64,000 nt of DNA from Vicinamibacteria bacterium (GCA_963796915.1 CAWCNI010000004.1:2693419-2757418), one strand, 5' to 3'. Positions 1 through 9,741 are shown, counted from the first letter of the stretch. The notes: generated from the sequence alone by a model not told the origin. A program made the numbers and translations.

Positions 1-60
1 GCGGTCAAGATGAAGGGGAAGCCTGCCGTCTCCGAGATCCTGATCGAGGACCGCGGGTGA
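1..60 (+). CDS. 3' end of a small type II antitoxin-like gene (partial, continues left of the window)
   Basis: Frame 1 is open from the window edge and ends ...KPAVSEILIEDRG then TGA (58-60). The stop overlaps the GTG (57-59) of the downstream PIN toxin gene, the GTGA coupling typical of TA pairs. Only 19 codons are visible, so no family can be assigned. Confidence 0.4.
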   Translation, partial: AVKMKGKPAVSEILIEDRG

Positions 61-494
61 TCCTCTATCTCGATGCCAGTGCGGTCGTGAAGCGCTACGT
101 GATCGAGCCCCACTCGAAGCCGGTCATCGCGTTGATCAGCAGGGCAACGGCAGTGGCCACCTCACTTGTGAGCCGCGCCGAAGTGTCAGCCGCTTTCGCG
201 CGTGCCGTTCGCATGGGCGTGCTCGACGAGGCCGGGGGACGACGCGCGCAGCGCCGCTTCGTGCATGACTGGCCGGATTTCGTCAGGATTCCCGTCACAG
301 AAGCGCTGATCGGCCGCGCCGAAACTGTGGCCTGGGACTACGCGCTTCGCGGGTACGACTCGGTCCAACTCGCGGCCGCGCTCACGTGGCGGGACGCCAT
401 CGGCCAGGACGTGCTGCTGGCGACGTTCGATCAGCAATTGGCGCAGGCGGGGGAGGAGGCCGGCTTGCAGGTCTGGCCAGGGACTCAGGCATGA
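57..494 (+). CDS. vapC: PIN-domain toxin (VapC-family ribonuclease)
   Basis: 145-aa ORF with PIN acidic residues in the usual contexts (ILYLDASAVV near the N-terminus, SRAEV, GYDSVQLAAAL, ATFDQQL). Translationally coupled to the upstream small gene. Confidence 0.8.
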   Translation: MILYLDASAVVKRYVIEPHSKPVIALISRATAVATSLVSRAEVSAAFARAVRMGVLDEAGGRRAQRRFVHDWPDFVRIPVTEALIGRAETVAWDYALRGYDSVQLAAALTWRDAIGQDVLLATFDQQLAQAGEEAGLQVWPGTQA

Positions 495-524
495 GCGGTA
501 ACTGTTGTCTCGGGCGTCCAGTAG

Positions 525-1115
525 TCACTTCATCTCGCCACCTGCCCGTCGGCAGCGCGTCATCGCCATCGCCAGCTTCGATCTCTCCGCCCGGGTCAGC
601 AGTGGCTCAATCTGCTGATAGAGAGCAGCCGCCGTCGCATAGTCCCCGGCTTTGAAGGCCGTTGCGGCCTTGCCTCTGAGCTGCGACGCCCGGCTCTCCA
701 GCGCCAGGCGCTCGGCGTGCTGCGTGCGGTATCGATCCAGCGCGTCAAAATATTCGGCGTCCGTTCGAAGGATCCGTGGCGCCATCGGCACAACCGCTGC
801 CGACATGCGCTGAAGCGCCGCGTCGAGCTGCCCCGCTGTCGTGGCCGTCGGATCCCGATGACGCCAGCCTTCGTCGAAGCCGGCAAAGGTCAGCAGAAGA
901 CCTAGCGGGTATCGTCGGCCGCGTCTCGTGACGGCCAGGCTCACTTCGTGAGAACGCGCCTCCCGGTCGAACGCCAGCGCCACCTCGTGATTCCTGTACA
1001 CGACGCAATCCGGCGAGATCTCTGCGAGCGCGAAGCCGTAGTCGCTCAGGAACGCGAAATGCTTCTCGACCGCGGTCGCGAAGATCAGCTCGTCGAACTG
1101 GAACGGGCTGGTCAC
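525..1115 (-). CDS. hypothetical protein with a TPR-like helical C-terminus
   Basis: ORF 525..1214 trimmed to the GTG at 1115-1113, which overlaps the TGA (1114-1112) of the upstream PLD gene (GTGA coupling). Composition is coding-like and I recognise no family motif. Confidence 0.5.
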   Translation of the reverse strand: MTSPFQFDELIFATAVEKHFAFLSDYGFALAEISPDCVVYRNHEVALAFDREARSHEVSLAVTRRGRRYPLGLLLTFAGFDEGWRHRDPTATTAGQLDAALQRMSAAVVPMAPRILRTDAEYFDALDRYRTQHAERLALESRASQLRGKAATAFKAGDYATAAALYQQIEPLLTRAERSKLAMAMTRCRRAGGEMK

Positions 1116-2563
1116 TGCTTTCCGAAGCGCGCGCGCCAGGCGCGCACCAGCAGGGAGCCGCCCATGACGGCGAACACGCCGGCGACAGGCCACGCGAATC
1201 CCCTGGGCCACCACGCCACGGCTGCGGCCAGCATCAGGGCGACGACGCCGAAGAAGGTCAATGACGCCGCTTCCGCCGGCCCGAGCACGCGATAGCCCCT
1301 GACGGCGGAGCCCAGCACCGAGCCCGCGAGGGCGACGTCTTTCAGCACGCGGTTGGCGCTGCCGCCCATCGCGCGCGACATGCGCTTGCGCGCGGGCTTG
1401 CCATCAGCCAACTGCGGGCGCGGCCGCTCGGCGGCGAGGCGCACGCGCCGGCGATCGGTGATGACGACCTCGGTCGCATTCTTCAAGTCGCGCTCGTAGA
1501 TCTCTTCCATCTGGCCGGCCAGGCCCGCGTCCTCGATGGCGACGTCCAGCTCCCAGTTGCCGACCCAGCTCGAAAGATTCAGGTTCGTCGAACCGACGCG
1601 CACGATCCGGCTGTCGGCGACGGCGGTCTTCGCGTGGATCATCGTGCCGTTCCACTCGAATATGCGCACACCGCTTTGCAGCAGGCGGCGGTACAACGTC
1701 CGCGAGGCGTTTCCGACCCAGCGAACGTCGCTGTTGTTGGGCAACAGCAGCCGCACGTCCACGCCGTGCGCGGCGGCGGCGCTCAGCGCCTCGATGAAGG
1801 TCGTCGTGCCCATGAAGTAGGCGTCGGTGAGCCACACCCGCTTCTGCGCCACGCCGAGCATCGCCAGCTCCAGGCGATAGAGCGAGGTCCGGTCCGGCGA
1901 GGTCGGAATCACGCGGACGTTGACGTTTCCGGCGGCTGGCTGATCGGAGCCTTCCGGCGACCCGCCGGGCAGCGGCGCGCCCCACGTCGCCCACGACGCG
2001 GCGAACGCGCGTTCGGCGTCGGCGACCGCCGGCCCCTCAATCTGCACGCCGGTGTCCCGCCACGGCGGCAGCCCGCGCGCGGGATCGCCAATCCAGTCGT
2101 CGCCGATGCACAGGCCGGAGATGAAGGCGACACGGCTATCCACCGAGAGGAGCTTCCGGTGATTGCGGCTGAGCAGCCCGAGCATCGTGTCGGGCCGCGG
2201 CGCGTTCACGACCCGCACCTCGGCGCCGGCCGCGACGAGCGGCGCCCAGAAGCGAAACGAGGACGGGCGCAACGCGCCGAACCAGTCGTACATCACCCGC
2301 ACGGTCACGTGCGCCTTCGCCCGCTCGACCAGCGCGTCGCGAAAACGGCGACCGATGACGTCGTTGTGGACGATGTACATCTCCAGGTGGATCGTGTGTT
2401 GCGCCCGCTGGATCGCCTCGAGCCACGCCGGGTAGTTGCCTTCGGCGTCGAGCAGCACGCGGACGTCGTTGCCGCCGACCAGCGGCGCGCCGGCGCTGCG
2501 GAGAAACAGGGAGGACACCGCTGCCGTCGTGGCGGGAGCCTGGCGTGGCGCAGGAGTGGACAT
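1112..2563 (-). CDS. phospholipase D family protein, cardiolipin synthase-like (two HKD motifs)
   Basis: 483 aa with two HxK(x)4D motifs (HRKLLSVD and HAKTAVAD). Hydrophobic C-terminal helices (FFGVVALMLAAAVAWW, VAGVFAVMGGSLLV). Confidence 0.8.
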   Translation of the reverse strand: MSTPAPRQAPATTAAVSSLFLRSAGAPLVGGNDVRVLLDAEGNYPAWLEAIQRAQHTIHLEMYIVHNDVIGRRFRDALVERAKAHVTVRVMYDWFGALRPSSFRFWAPLVAAGAEVRVVNAPRPDTMLGLLSRNHRKLLSVDSRVAFISGLCIGDDWIGDPARGLPPWRDTGVQIEGPAVADAERAFAASWATWGAPLPGGSPEGSDQPAAGNVNVRVIPTSPDRTSLYRLELAMLGVAQKRVWLTDAYFMGTTTFIEALSAAAAHGVDVRLLLPNNSDVRWVGNASRTLYRRLLQSGVRIFEWNGTMIHAKTAVADSRIVRVGSTNLNLSSWVGNWELDVAIEDAGLAGQMEEIYERDLKNATEVVITDRRRVRLAAERPRPQLADGKPARKRMSRAMGGSANRVLKDVALAGSVLGSAVRGYRVLGPAEAASLTFFGVVALMLAAAVAWWPRGFAWPVAGVFAVMGGSLLVRAWRARFGKQ

Positions 2564-2566
2564 CGA

Positions 2567-3634
2567 CTAGCGGCGGGGAATCCTGGCGCGAGGATGCGCC
2601 TGGCGATACACCTCGAGCAGGTGAGCGGCATTGACGTGGGTGTAGCGCTGCGTCGTGCTCAACCGCTGGTGCCCCAGCATTTCCTGGATCCCGCGCAGGT
2701 CGGCGCCGCGCTCGAGCAGGTGCGTGGCAAACGAATGGCGCAGCGCGTGCGGCGAGATGCCGAACCGCGCGCTGCACATCGCGACGTACTTGCGGACCAG
2801 GCGGTGCACGCTGCGCGGACCCAGGCGCTGGCCGCGGTAGTTCAGAAAGAGCGGATGCTCAACGCGTCCCGCCCGGCCTCTCGCCCGCTCCCGCACGGCT
2901 TTCGCCGGCCGCACCCGCGGGTGACCGCCGTCGTCGTCATCGGCCCCGACGAGATCGCCGCGGAGGATCGCGTCGCGATCCTTGAGCGACAGGCGGATGG
3001 CCTCGGCCGCCGTCTGGTTCAGCGGCACCATGCGCGGCTTGCGGCCCTTGCCCAGCACGCGCACGACGCGCGCGTTGAGATTCAGGTCGTCGAGATCCAG
3101 GCCAACCAGCTCGCTGAGGCGCAGGCCCGAGGCGTAGAACAACTCCAGAATGGCCTGGTCGCGCCGGCCGAGCGGCGTCGCGCAGTCCGGCATCTCGAGC
3201 AGCCGGTTCATCTCGTCGATCGACAGGTGGGCCGGGATCTTCTGCTCGCGCTTCGGCGTGGCCGCCAGGCCGGCCGGATCGCGTTCGAGCAGCCCCTCGC
3301 GCCGCAGCCAGCGTCCGAAGGTGCGGATGGCCGACAGCTTGCGCGCCGCGCTGGCGCGCGAGACGCCGTCGCGAAACAGCACGCCGAGATACTGCCGGAC
3401 GTTGTCCGACGACAGGTCCTCCGGCGTCAGCTCCGGGCGCGTGCGGCCTTGCGACGCGGCGGTCGCGCCGATGAACTGCTCGAGGTCGCTTTCGTATGCC
3501 GTGGCCGTGTGGTCGGAGGCGTTGCGGTTGTAGCGCAGGTAGTCGATGAAGGCGCGGACGGCGTCGCGCAGGGGGCCCGGGGCTGCTTCGTGGGCACCGG
3601 ATCCGCCTGGCGCTCGGCCCCGCCGTGTCGGCAT
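2567..3634 (-). CDS. xerC: tyrosine recombinase XerC/XerD family
   Basis: C-terminal catalytic region ...HALRHSFATHLLERGADLRGIQEMLGHQRLSTTQRYTHV plus an N-terminal SAM-like domain (FIDYLRYNRNASDHTATAYESDL). Start chosen at the ATG 3634-3632, one nt after the trmFO stop. Sits in the dprA-topA-trmFO-xerC synteny. Confidence 0.85.
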   Translation of the reverse strand: MPTRRGRAPGGSGAHEAAPGPLRDAVRAFIDYLRYNRNASDHTATAYESDLEQFIGATAASQGRTRPELTPEDLSSDNVRQYLGVLFRDGVSRASAARKLSAIRTFGRWLRREGLLERDPAGLAATPKREQKIPAHLSIDEMNRLLEMPDCATPLGRRDQAILELFYASGLRLSELVGLDLDDLNLNARVVRVLGKGRKPRMVPLNQTAAEAIRLSLKDRDAILRGDLVGADDDDGGHPRVRPAKAVRERARGRAGRVEHPLFLNYRGQRLGPRSVHRLVRKYVAMCSARFGISPHALRHSFATHLLERGADLRGIQEMLGHQRLSTTQRYTHVNAAHLLEVYRQAHPRARIPRR

Positions 3635-3635
3635 G

Positions 3636-5106
3636 TCAGCCCATGATACCCGCGAGCGCGCCGACATCGGGCACCGCGGTGACATGGCGTCCCGCCATCC
3701 AGCCGTCGAGCGCTTCCAGCGCCCGCGCGGACATCGCCAGCTTGCGGTCGGCGCCCTTCAGCGGCCGCGCGCCGTCGGCGACGTCGAGCGGCGACATGAT
3801 GCCGAAGGTGATGTTGGACGGCTGGTAGTGTTTCGCCTCGGCGTGCGAGACGTAGTACGCCAGCGCGCCAATCGCCGTCGTCCGCGGCGGCGACGCAGGT
3901 GCCTCGCCGAGCGCCAGCGCGGCGGCGTTGCGGCCGGCCAGCAGGCCCGAGGCCGCCGATTCGACGTAGCCCTCGACGCCGCTCACCTGCCCGGCAAACA
4001 ACAGGTCCGGCCGCGCCCGCGTCTGCCATGTCGCGTCGAGTACCGTCGGCCCGTTGATGTAGGTGTTGCGGTGCACCATCCCGAAGCGGACGAACTCCGC
4101 CTGCTCGAGGCCCGGGATCAGGCGCAGCACGCGCGCCTGATCGGCCCACTTGATCTGCGTCTGGAACCCTACCAGGCTCCAGTGATCGCCGGCCAGCGTG
4201 TCCTGGCGCAGCTGCACGACGGCATAGGGCCGCCGGCCCGTTCGCGGATCGATCAGCCCGACCGGCTTCATCGGCCCGAAGCGCAGGGTATCGCGTCCGC
4301 GGTGCGCCATCACCTCGATCGGCAGGCAGCCTTCGAAGAAGCGTGGCGGTGTCGAAATCGTGGACAGTCGCCGACTCCGCCGACACGAGCGCCTCGTAGA
4401 ACCGCGTGTACTCGTCCTTCGTCATCGGGCAATTGAGGTAGTCGCCCTGCCCGTCGTCTATCCCGCACGCGGGAGCGGGTTGGCCGATCTGAAGATCGGC
4501 GCTCCCGTCTTGCGCCGGATCGGCAGCACTGGCGCGGGCGAAATCGCCGAAACTGCGGTCCCAGCGGCTCTGACGGAACACCTTGCGGCGATCGATCGAC
4601 TCGCTCAGCACGATCGGGCTGATCGCGTCGTAGAACGAGAGGTGCTCGGCGCCGACGAAGCGGACGATGTCGGCGGAGAGCTCGTCGGAGGTGAGCGGCC
4701 CGGTCGCGACGATCCAGATCGCGCCGTCCGGCTCTGGCAGCCGCGCGACGGCTTCGCGGACGACGGTGATGTGTGGATGCGCGCTGACAGCGGCGGTGAC
4801 CAGCGCTGAAAATCGCACGCGATCCACCGCCAGCGCCGCGCCCGCCGGCACGCGCGAGGCGTCGGCCGCGCGCATCACCAGCGACCCGAGCCGGCGCATT
4901 TCTTCCTTGAGCAGGCCGACGGCGTTATCGAGCTTGTCGCCGCGGAAGGAGTTGCTGCACACCAGCTCCGCGAGGCCGTCGGTCTTGTGCACCAGCGTCG
5001 GGCGCACCGGCCGCATCTCGTGCAGCGTCACCGGCACGCCGCGCGCAGCCACCTGCCACGCGGCTTCCGACCCCGCCAGGCCGCCGCCAATCACGTGCAC
5101 GCTCAT
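3636..5106 (-). pseudogene. trmFO: tRNA (uracil54-C5)-methyltransferase TrmFO (folate/FAD-dependent), interrupted by a 1-nt frameshift near 4341
   Basis: The N-terminal ~255 aa (frame of ORF 3427..5106: MSVHVIGGGLAGSEAAWQ...LVCSNSFR) and the C-terminal 225 aa (ORF 3636..4313: [31 protein letters not shown]) are both TrmFO-like. The frames join at ...HDFDTAT|c|[15 protein letters not shown], which needs one nt removed. Confidence 0.85.
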
Positions 5107-5120
5107 TGTTGGTCAGACAA

Positions 5121-5259
5121 ATGAAGAATGGAAAATGAAGAATGGAAAATGAAAAATGAAGAGTGAAAGTAGAGCGGAAGACTGAACCGTTGGCGACGGC
5201 CTCGGCCTTTCATTCTTCATTCTTCATTCTTCTCATTCTTCATTCCTAATTCTTCATTC
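5121..5259. repeat. AT-rich imperfect inverted repeat built from GAATGAAGAAT-type units, between the topA stop and the trmFO start
   Basis: The left arm (5121-5169) is rich in ATGAAGAATGGAAAATGAAGAATGG. The right arm (5208-5259) is rich in the complement TTTCATTCTTCATTCTTCATTC. A GC-rich 38-nt spacer separates them. The AT-richness contrasts sharply with the flanks. Confidence 0.8.
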
Positions 5260-7966
5260 AAGAGACCGCCGCCGCGGTCTTGCGCTTCCGACCCGCAGGC
5301 GCGCGCCGTGCCGTCCGGGCCTTCTTCGGGGCGCCGGCACGTGCCGCCAGCAGTTCGACAGCCTGCTCCATCGTCACCGCCTCGGGATTCGTGCCCTTCG
5401 GCACCGACGCGTTGGTCGTGCCGTCAGTGACGTACGGGCCGTAGCGTCCTTCGAGCAGATTCACCTTGGCGCCGCTGGTCGGATGCGGGCCCAGTTCGCG
5501 CAGCACCCGCTGCGCCGCCGCCTGGCGCCGGCGCGAGGTCTTCGGCGCCGCGAGGAGATCGAGCGCTTCCTGCAGCGTGACAGTGAAGAGCTGATCTTCG
5601 TTCTCGAGCGACCGGTATTCCGAGCCGTGCTTCACGTACGGGCCGAAACGGCCGGGACTGGCAATCACGACGCCCTTGTCGTCGGGGTGGACGCCCAGCT
5701 CGCGCGGCAGCGTCAGGAGCTTCAGCGCCTCGTCGAGCGTCACCGTCTGCTCGCTCATGCTCGCGAACAGCGACGCGCGCTTCGGCTTCGCGGCCTTCTT
5801 GCCCTCGCCCTGGTCGCCGAGCTGCACGTAGGGGCCAAACCGGCCGTTCATCACATACACCGGCAGTCCCGACGCGGAGTCCGTGCCGAGCGTGCGCGGG
5901 CCCTGCGCCTTGGCGTTCAGCAGCTGCACCGCCATTTCGACAGTGAGATCGGCCGGCGGCTGCTCGTCGGGCAGTGACGCCGTATTGCCTTCGCCGCCGT
6001 CGCCGCGCTGGAGGAACGGACCGTAGCGGCCGATGCGGACGCGAATGGGCTGGCCGGTCGACGGATCCGTCCCGATCTCGATGGAGGTGTACTCGATCTC
6101 CGCGGTCTTCTTGTCGATCAACGTCTCGAGGCCTTCATGCTTGCCGTCGCCGCGATAGAACGTGCGCACGAAGTCGAGCCACTCGCGCTCGCCGTTGCTG
6201 ATCGCGTCGAGGACTTCCTCCATCTCCGCCGTGAAGCCGACGTCGACGTAGTCGCTGAAATGCGTTCGCAGAATCTCGGTCACGGCAAACGCGGTGAACG
6301 ACGGCACCATCGCCTTGCCCTGGGGGAACACGTAGCCGCGGTTCTGGATCGTCTGAATGATCGACGCGTAGGTAGAGGGCCGTCCGATACCGGCCGCCTC
6401 CAGCTCCTTGATCAGCGCCGCTTCCGTATAGCGGGCCGGCGGCAGCGTCTCGTGCTTCTTGGCGTCCAGCGCGACAAACGCCAGGCCTTCCTTGTTCGCA
6501 GGCATCACCCCCGCGGCGTAGACGCGGTCGCCCACCTTGCAGGTCGGCAGAATCGTCTCCTGATCCTCCAGCTCCGCTTCGGGGTCGTCGCTGCCCTCGA
6601 CGTAGGCACGGCGGAAGCCGGCAAACTCAATCGCCTTGCCGGCGGCCGTGAAGATACCGGTGCCGTCGCTGCCACCCTCCGCCGAGATCTCGAGCGACGT
6701 CTTGATGACGCGCGCGTCCACCATCTGGGACGCCATCGTGCGCTTCCAGATCAGATCGTAGAGTCGCAGTTCGTCGGGCTCGAGGATCGACGCCAGGCGC
6801 TGCGGCGTCTGGCGGAAGTCCGTCGGACGGATCGCCTCGTGCGCTTCCTGCGCGTTCTTCACCTTGGTCTTGTAGTGGCGCGCGCCGGAGTGGTAGTCGG
6901 CGCCGAACATGTCGTTGATGACCCGCGCCGACTCGGTGAGCGCTTTCTCGCTGAGCGTCGTCGAGTCGGTGCGGTGATACGTGATCAGGCCTTCGATCTC
7001 GCCGCCGCCCACTTCCATGCCCTGGAACAGCCGCTGCGCGATCTGCATCGTCCGGCCGGTCTTGTATCCGAGCTTCCGGCTGGCCTCCTGCGTCAGCGTC
7101 GACGTGGTGAACGGCGGTGAGGGCCGCTCGACGCCGGGCCGCGCGTCCACGGCGGTCACCGTCCACGGCAGGTTCGACTCGAACGCCTGCGCCAGGCGTG
7201 CCGACGCTTCTTCGTCCAGATGGCGGGCCGTGCGGGACTTGAGCGCGCCAGTCGCGGGATCGAAGTCCTTGCCGGTCGCGATGCGTGCGTCAGCCAGCTT
7301 CACCAGCGTGGCCGGGAACTCGCGTCCCTCGCCGGTGAGCCGCGCCTCGAGATCCCAGTAAGTGCTGTTGCGAAAGGCCCGGCGTGCCTCTTCCCGCTCG
7401 ACGATCAGCCGGACGGCGACGCTCTGCACGCGGCCGGCGCTCAGGCCGGTCTGCACCTTCTTCCAGAGCACCGGCGACAGCGAGTAGCCGTAGAGGCGAT
7501 CGACGATCCGCCGGCTCTCCTGCGCCCGGACCAGGCTCTCGTTGATCGTCCGGGCATTGGCCAGCGCGTCGTTGACGGCCTCTTCGGTGATCTCGTGAAA
7601 CTCGATGCGCCGCACCGGGATCTTCGGCTTGAGCACCTCGCTCAGGTGCCAGCTGATGGACTCGCCTTCGCGATCGGGGTCCGTCGCCAGCAGCACTTCG
7701 GAGGCGTCCTTCAGGGCGGCCTTCAGCTTCTGGACGTTGGGCCGCTTGTCCGCCGGCACCACGTAGTACGGCGTGAAGTCGCCGTCGACGTCCACACCCA
7801 TCCGACCCCAGGGCTTGTCCTTGATCTCGGCGGGGATTTCCTTGGCAGACTCCGGCAGGTCGCGGATGTGCCCGACGCTCGCCATGACGGCATACCGGTT
7901 CCCGAGGAACCGCTCGAGCGTGCGCGCTTTCGCCGGCGACTCGACAATTACAAGTGGTTTAGCCAT
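5258..7966 (-). CDS. topA: DNA topoisomerase I
   Basis: N-terminal Toprim MAKPLVIVESPAKARTLERFLG...ATDPDREGE, a central type IA core (ITYHRTDS with the catalytic Tyr context), and a repeated Lys-rich C-terminal region (GRFGPYV, GRYGPYV repeats). ATG at 7966-7964. Confidence 0.95.
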   Translation of the reverse strand: MAKPLVIVESPAKARTLERFLGNRYAVMASVGHIRDLPESAKEIPAEIKDKPWGRMGVDVDGDFTPYYVVPADKRPNVQKLKAALKDASEVLLATDPDREGESISWHLSEVLKPKIPVRRIEFHEITEEAVNDALANARTINESLVRAQESRRIVDRLYGYSLSPVLWKKVQTGLSAGRVQSVAVRLIVEREEARRAFRNSTYWDLEARLTGEGREFPATLVKLADARIATGKDFDPATGALKSRTARHLDEEASARLAQAFESNLPWTVTAVDARPGVERPSPPFTTSTLTQEASRKLGYKTGRTMQIAQRLFQGMEVGGGEIEGLITYHRTDSTTLSEKALTESARVINDMFGADYHSGARHYKTKVKNAQEAHEAIRPTDFRQTPQRLASILEPDELRLYDLIWKRTMASQMVDARVIKTSLEISAEGGSDGTGIFTAAGKAIEFAGFRRAYVEGSDDPEAELEDQETILPTCKVGDRVYAAGVMPANKEGLAFVALDAKKHETLPPARYTEAALIKELEAAGIGRPSTYASIIQTIQNRGYVFPQGKAMVPSFTAFAVTEILRTHFSDYVDVGFTAEMEEVLDAISNGEREWLDFVRTFYRGDGKHEGLETLIDKKTAEIEYTSIEIGTDPSTGQPIRVRIGRYGPFLQRGDGGEGNTASLPDEQPPADLTVEMAVQLLNAKAQGPRTLGTDSASGLPVYVMNGRFGPYVQLGDQGEGKKAAKPKRASLFASMSEQTVTLDEALKLLTLPRELGVHPDDKGVVIASPGRFGPYVKHGSEYRSLENEDQLFTVTLQEALDLLAAPKTSRRRQAAAQRVLRELGPHPTSGAKVNLLEGRYGPYVTDGTTNASVPKGTNPEAVTMEQAVELLAARAGAPKKARTARRAPAGRKRKTAAAVS

Positions 7967-8016
7967 AAGCACTTCCGGCCCTACACCGGGCTCAGGACCC
8001 GCAGCAGGACCTGGGG

Positions 8017-9153
8017 TTACGTTATCACTTTCCGATCCGGGCGCAAGAACAGCCCTCCCGGCAACCGCGTTGCCAAACCCGCCAGCTCGAGCTCGGAAAG
8101 TCGCGCCAGAACTGCGGCGGCGAGGAGCCCGGACCGCGCCACCAGGGCATCCAGGTCGCGGCCTTCCTCCGGGTCGAGGGCCGAGAACACCGGGTCGCCC
8201 GATGGAGCACCGGCCTGGCCGCGGCCCTCGGTCCGGGAGGCGGACGGCAGCTGCTGCTCCGATACTCCCAGCGCCAGCAGGACGTCCTCTGCGGATTCGA
8301 CGAGGACGGCGCCGTCCTTGATCAGGGCGTGGGCGCCGCGGTTACGTCCCGAGAGCACGGGCCCGGGCACGACCATCACCTCTCTTCCCTGTTCGAGCGC
8401 ACACGCCGCCGTCGTCAGCGAGCCGCTGCGCTCGCCGGCCTCGACGACGACCACGGCGCGGCTCAGGCCCGAGATGATCCGGTTCCGGAGCGGGAAGTGC
8501 TGCGGAAGGGGCGGCGTGCCGGGGGCAAACTCGGACAGGAGGCAGCCGGCGGCGGCGACCGCAGTGGCCAGTTCGGCGTGCTCCGGCGGGTAAATGATGT
8601 CGAGCCCGTTGCCGAGCACCGCGACTGTCATGCCGCCCGCTTCGACAGCGCCGCGATGCGCCTCCCCATCGCAGCCGCGCGCCAGGCCGCTGACCACGAC
8701 GACCCCGCGGGAGGCGAGGTCCGCGCCGATGCGGCGCGCCACCATGAGAGCGCCGGGTGACGCGGCGCGCGATCCGACAACCGCCACTGTCAACCGCCCT
8801 GTGGCATCGAGGCTGCGCAGAAACGCCCCACCCGGGGCTGGCTCGCGCAGGCCCGGAGGAGTAGACGTCGCGCGGATCCAGAGCACGAGCGGCGAATCGG
8901 GCAACTGCGCGAGTAGCGGCGGATACTCGTCGCCGCCGAGGGCGACGATCGCGAGACCCGCGGACCGGCCGCGGCCAAGCGCCGCTGTCGCATCCTCGCG
9001 TAGGCGAAGCGGATCGGGCGGTGTGGCCGAACCGAGCGCGGCAAGCGCCGCCTCGAGCGTGCCGTCAGCGGCATCCGCGAAGGCTGCGGCGGCGGCGAGT
9101 CGCGTACGGCTGTTGGGAAGAAGTGAAAGCGCGAGAAGGTCGGCGAGCTGCAT
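8017..9153 (-). CDS. dprA: DNA-processing protein DprA (Smf)
   Basis: Rossmann-like DprA core VAVVGSRAASPGALMVARRIGADLASRGVVVVSGLARGCDGEAHRGA...NGLDIIYPPEH...PLRNRIISGLS...VVVEAGERSGSLTTA. Start taken at MQLADLL (ATG 9153-9151). The rest of the 586-aa ORF 8017..9777 is antisense to the next gene. Confidence 0.9.
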   Translation of the reverse strand: MQLADLLALSLLPNSRTRLAAAAAFADAADGTLEAALAALGSATPPDPLRLREDATAALGRGRSAGLAIVALGGDEYPPLLAQLPDSPLVLWIRATSTPPGLREPAPGGAFLRSLDATGRLTVAVVGSRAASPGALMVARRIGADLASRGVVVVSGLARGCDGEAHRGAVEAGGMTVAVLGNGLDIIYPPEHAELATAVAAAGCLLSEFAPGTPPLPQHFPLRNRIISGLSRAVVVVEAGERSGSLTTAACALEQGREVMVVPGPVLSGRNRGAHALIKDGAVLVESAEDVLLALGVSEQQLPSASRTEGRGQAGAPSGDPVFSALDPEEGRDLDALVARSGLLAAAVLARLSELELAGLATRLPGGLFLRPDRKVIT

Positions 9154-9381
9154 CGGAACGACTCCCGAGCCCGACCTCGACGGAGATTGTAAGGGTTTAC
9201 CGGACACGTCGACAACAGGAAGTGGACAGTTGCCGGAGGTCAGCGCCAGGACGTTGGGGATTTCCGGCCAACTGTCACCGCGGGGCGTGGTATACGCCTT
9301 GCTGCAACCGAGCCAGGACAACAGCGGCTGCACGTGCGCAGCGCGGTTGTCGCGATACGTTATAGTTGGGCACATCGGCCT

Positions 9382-9741
9382 ATGAAGCTCCATTCCACTG
9401 TTGCGGCGGCCCTGGTGCTGGTGTCGGCTGCGTCGGCGTCTGCCGAGCCCAACGTGCGTGAAGTTGCCAAAAAGCATGTCGAGTTCGGGATAGCGGTCGC
9501 GCAGAAGGGGTTGTGGCGCGAGGCGATCTACCGCTGGGAGCAGGCCGCCAAGATCGACCCGAACTACCCGGCGGCCTACAACGACCTGGCGATCGCGTAC
9601 GAGCACGAGGGTCAGTTCGACAAGGCGCGCAAAGCCTACGAGAAAGCGCTCGAGCTCGAGCCCGACAATCAGCTCATTCGGCAGAACTACGAGCTGTTCA
9701 AGGAAATCAATGACCGCACGAACCGCCGCGGCAGCAGCTAG
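9382..9741 (+). CDS. secreted tetratricopeptide (TPR) repeat protein
   Basis: MKLHSTVAAALVLVSAASASA signal-like N-terminus, then TPR consensus (WREAIYRWEQAAKIDPNYPAAYNDLAIAYEHEGQFDKARKAYEKALELEPDN). Confidence 0.8.
   Translation: MKLHSTVAAALVLVSAASASAEPNVREVAKKHVEFGIAVAQKGLWREAIYRWEQAAKIDPNYPAAYNDLAIAYEHEGQFDKARKAYEKALELEPDNQLIRQNYELFKEINDRTNRRGSS

Noticed and set aside
2567-3634. XerC-family recombinase and the excisionase-type HTH (54861..55100) as markers of an integrated mobile element
   Set aside because: XerC sits in the conserved dprA-topA-trmFO-xerC housekeeping block. The HTH gene has no neighbouring integrase, att-like direct repeats or tRNA target. No transposase or phage genes are seen.
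1634-3646. 670-aa ORF on the plus strand, and similar very long ORFs: 30727..33282(-), 34831..36723(+), 36710..38656(+), 42741..44087(-), 62334..63734(+), 7220..8593(+), 25319..26632(+), 54832..56173(-)
   Set aside because: All lie antisense to, or out of frame with, genes that have unmistakable family motifs (PLD/XerC, ADOP permease, uvrA, APC permease, DUF3179, HlyD, topA/dprA, fibre protein, S8). Their translations are Arg/Ala/Gly/Pro-rich low-complexity strings typical of shadow ORFs in high-GC DNA.
4330-4350. Programmed +1 ribosomal frameshifting as the explanation for the split genes (trmFO, uvrA and others)
   Set aside because: Ten sites in unrelated genes share no slippery or stimulatory motif. 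Each behaves as a simple one-base G/C indel. Sequence error is the economical explanation.
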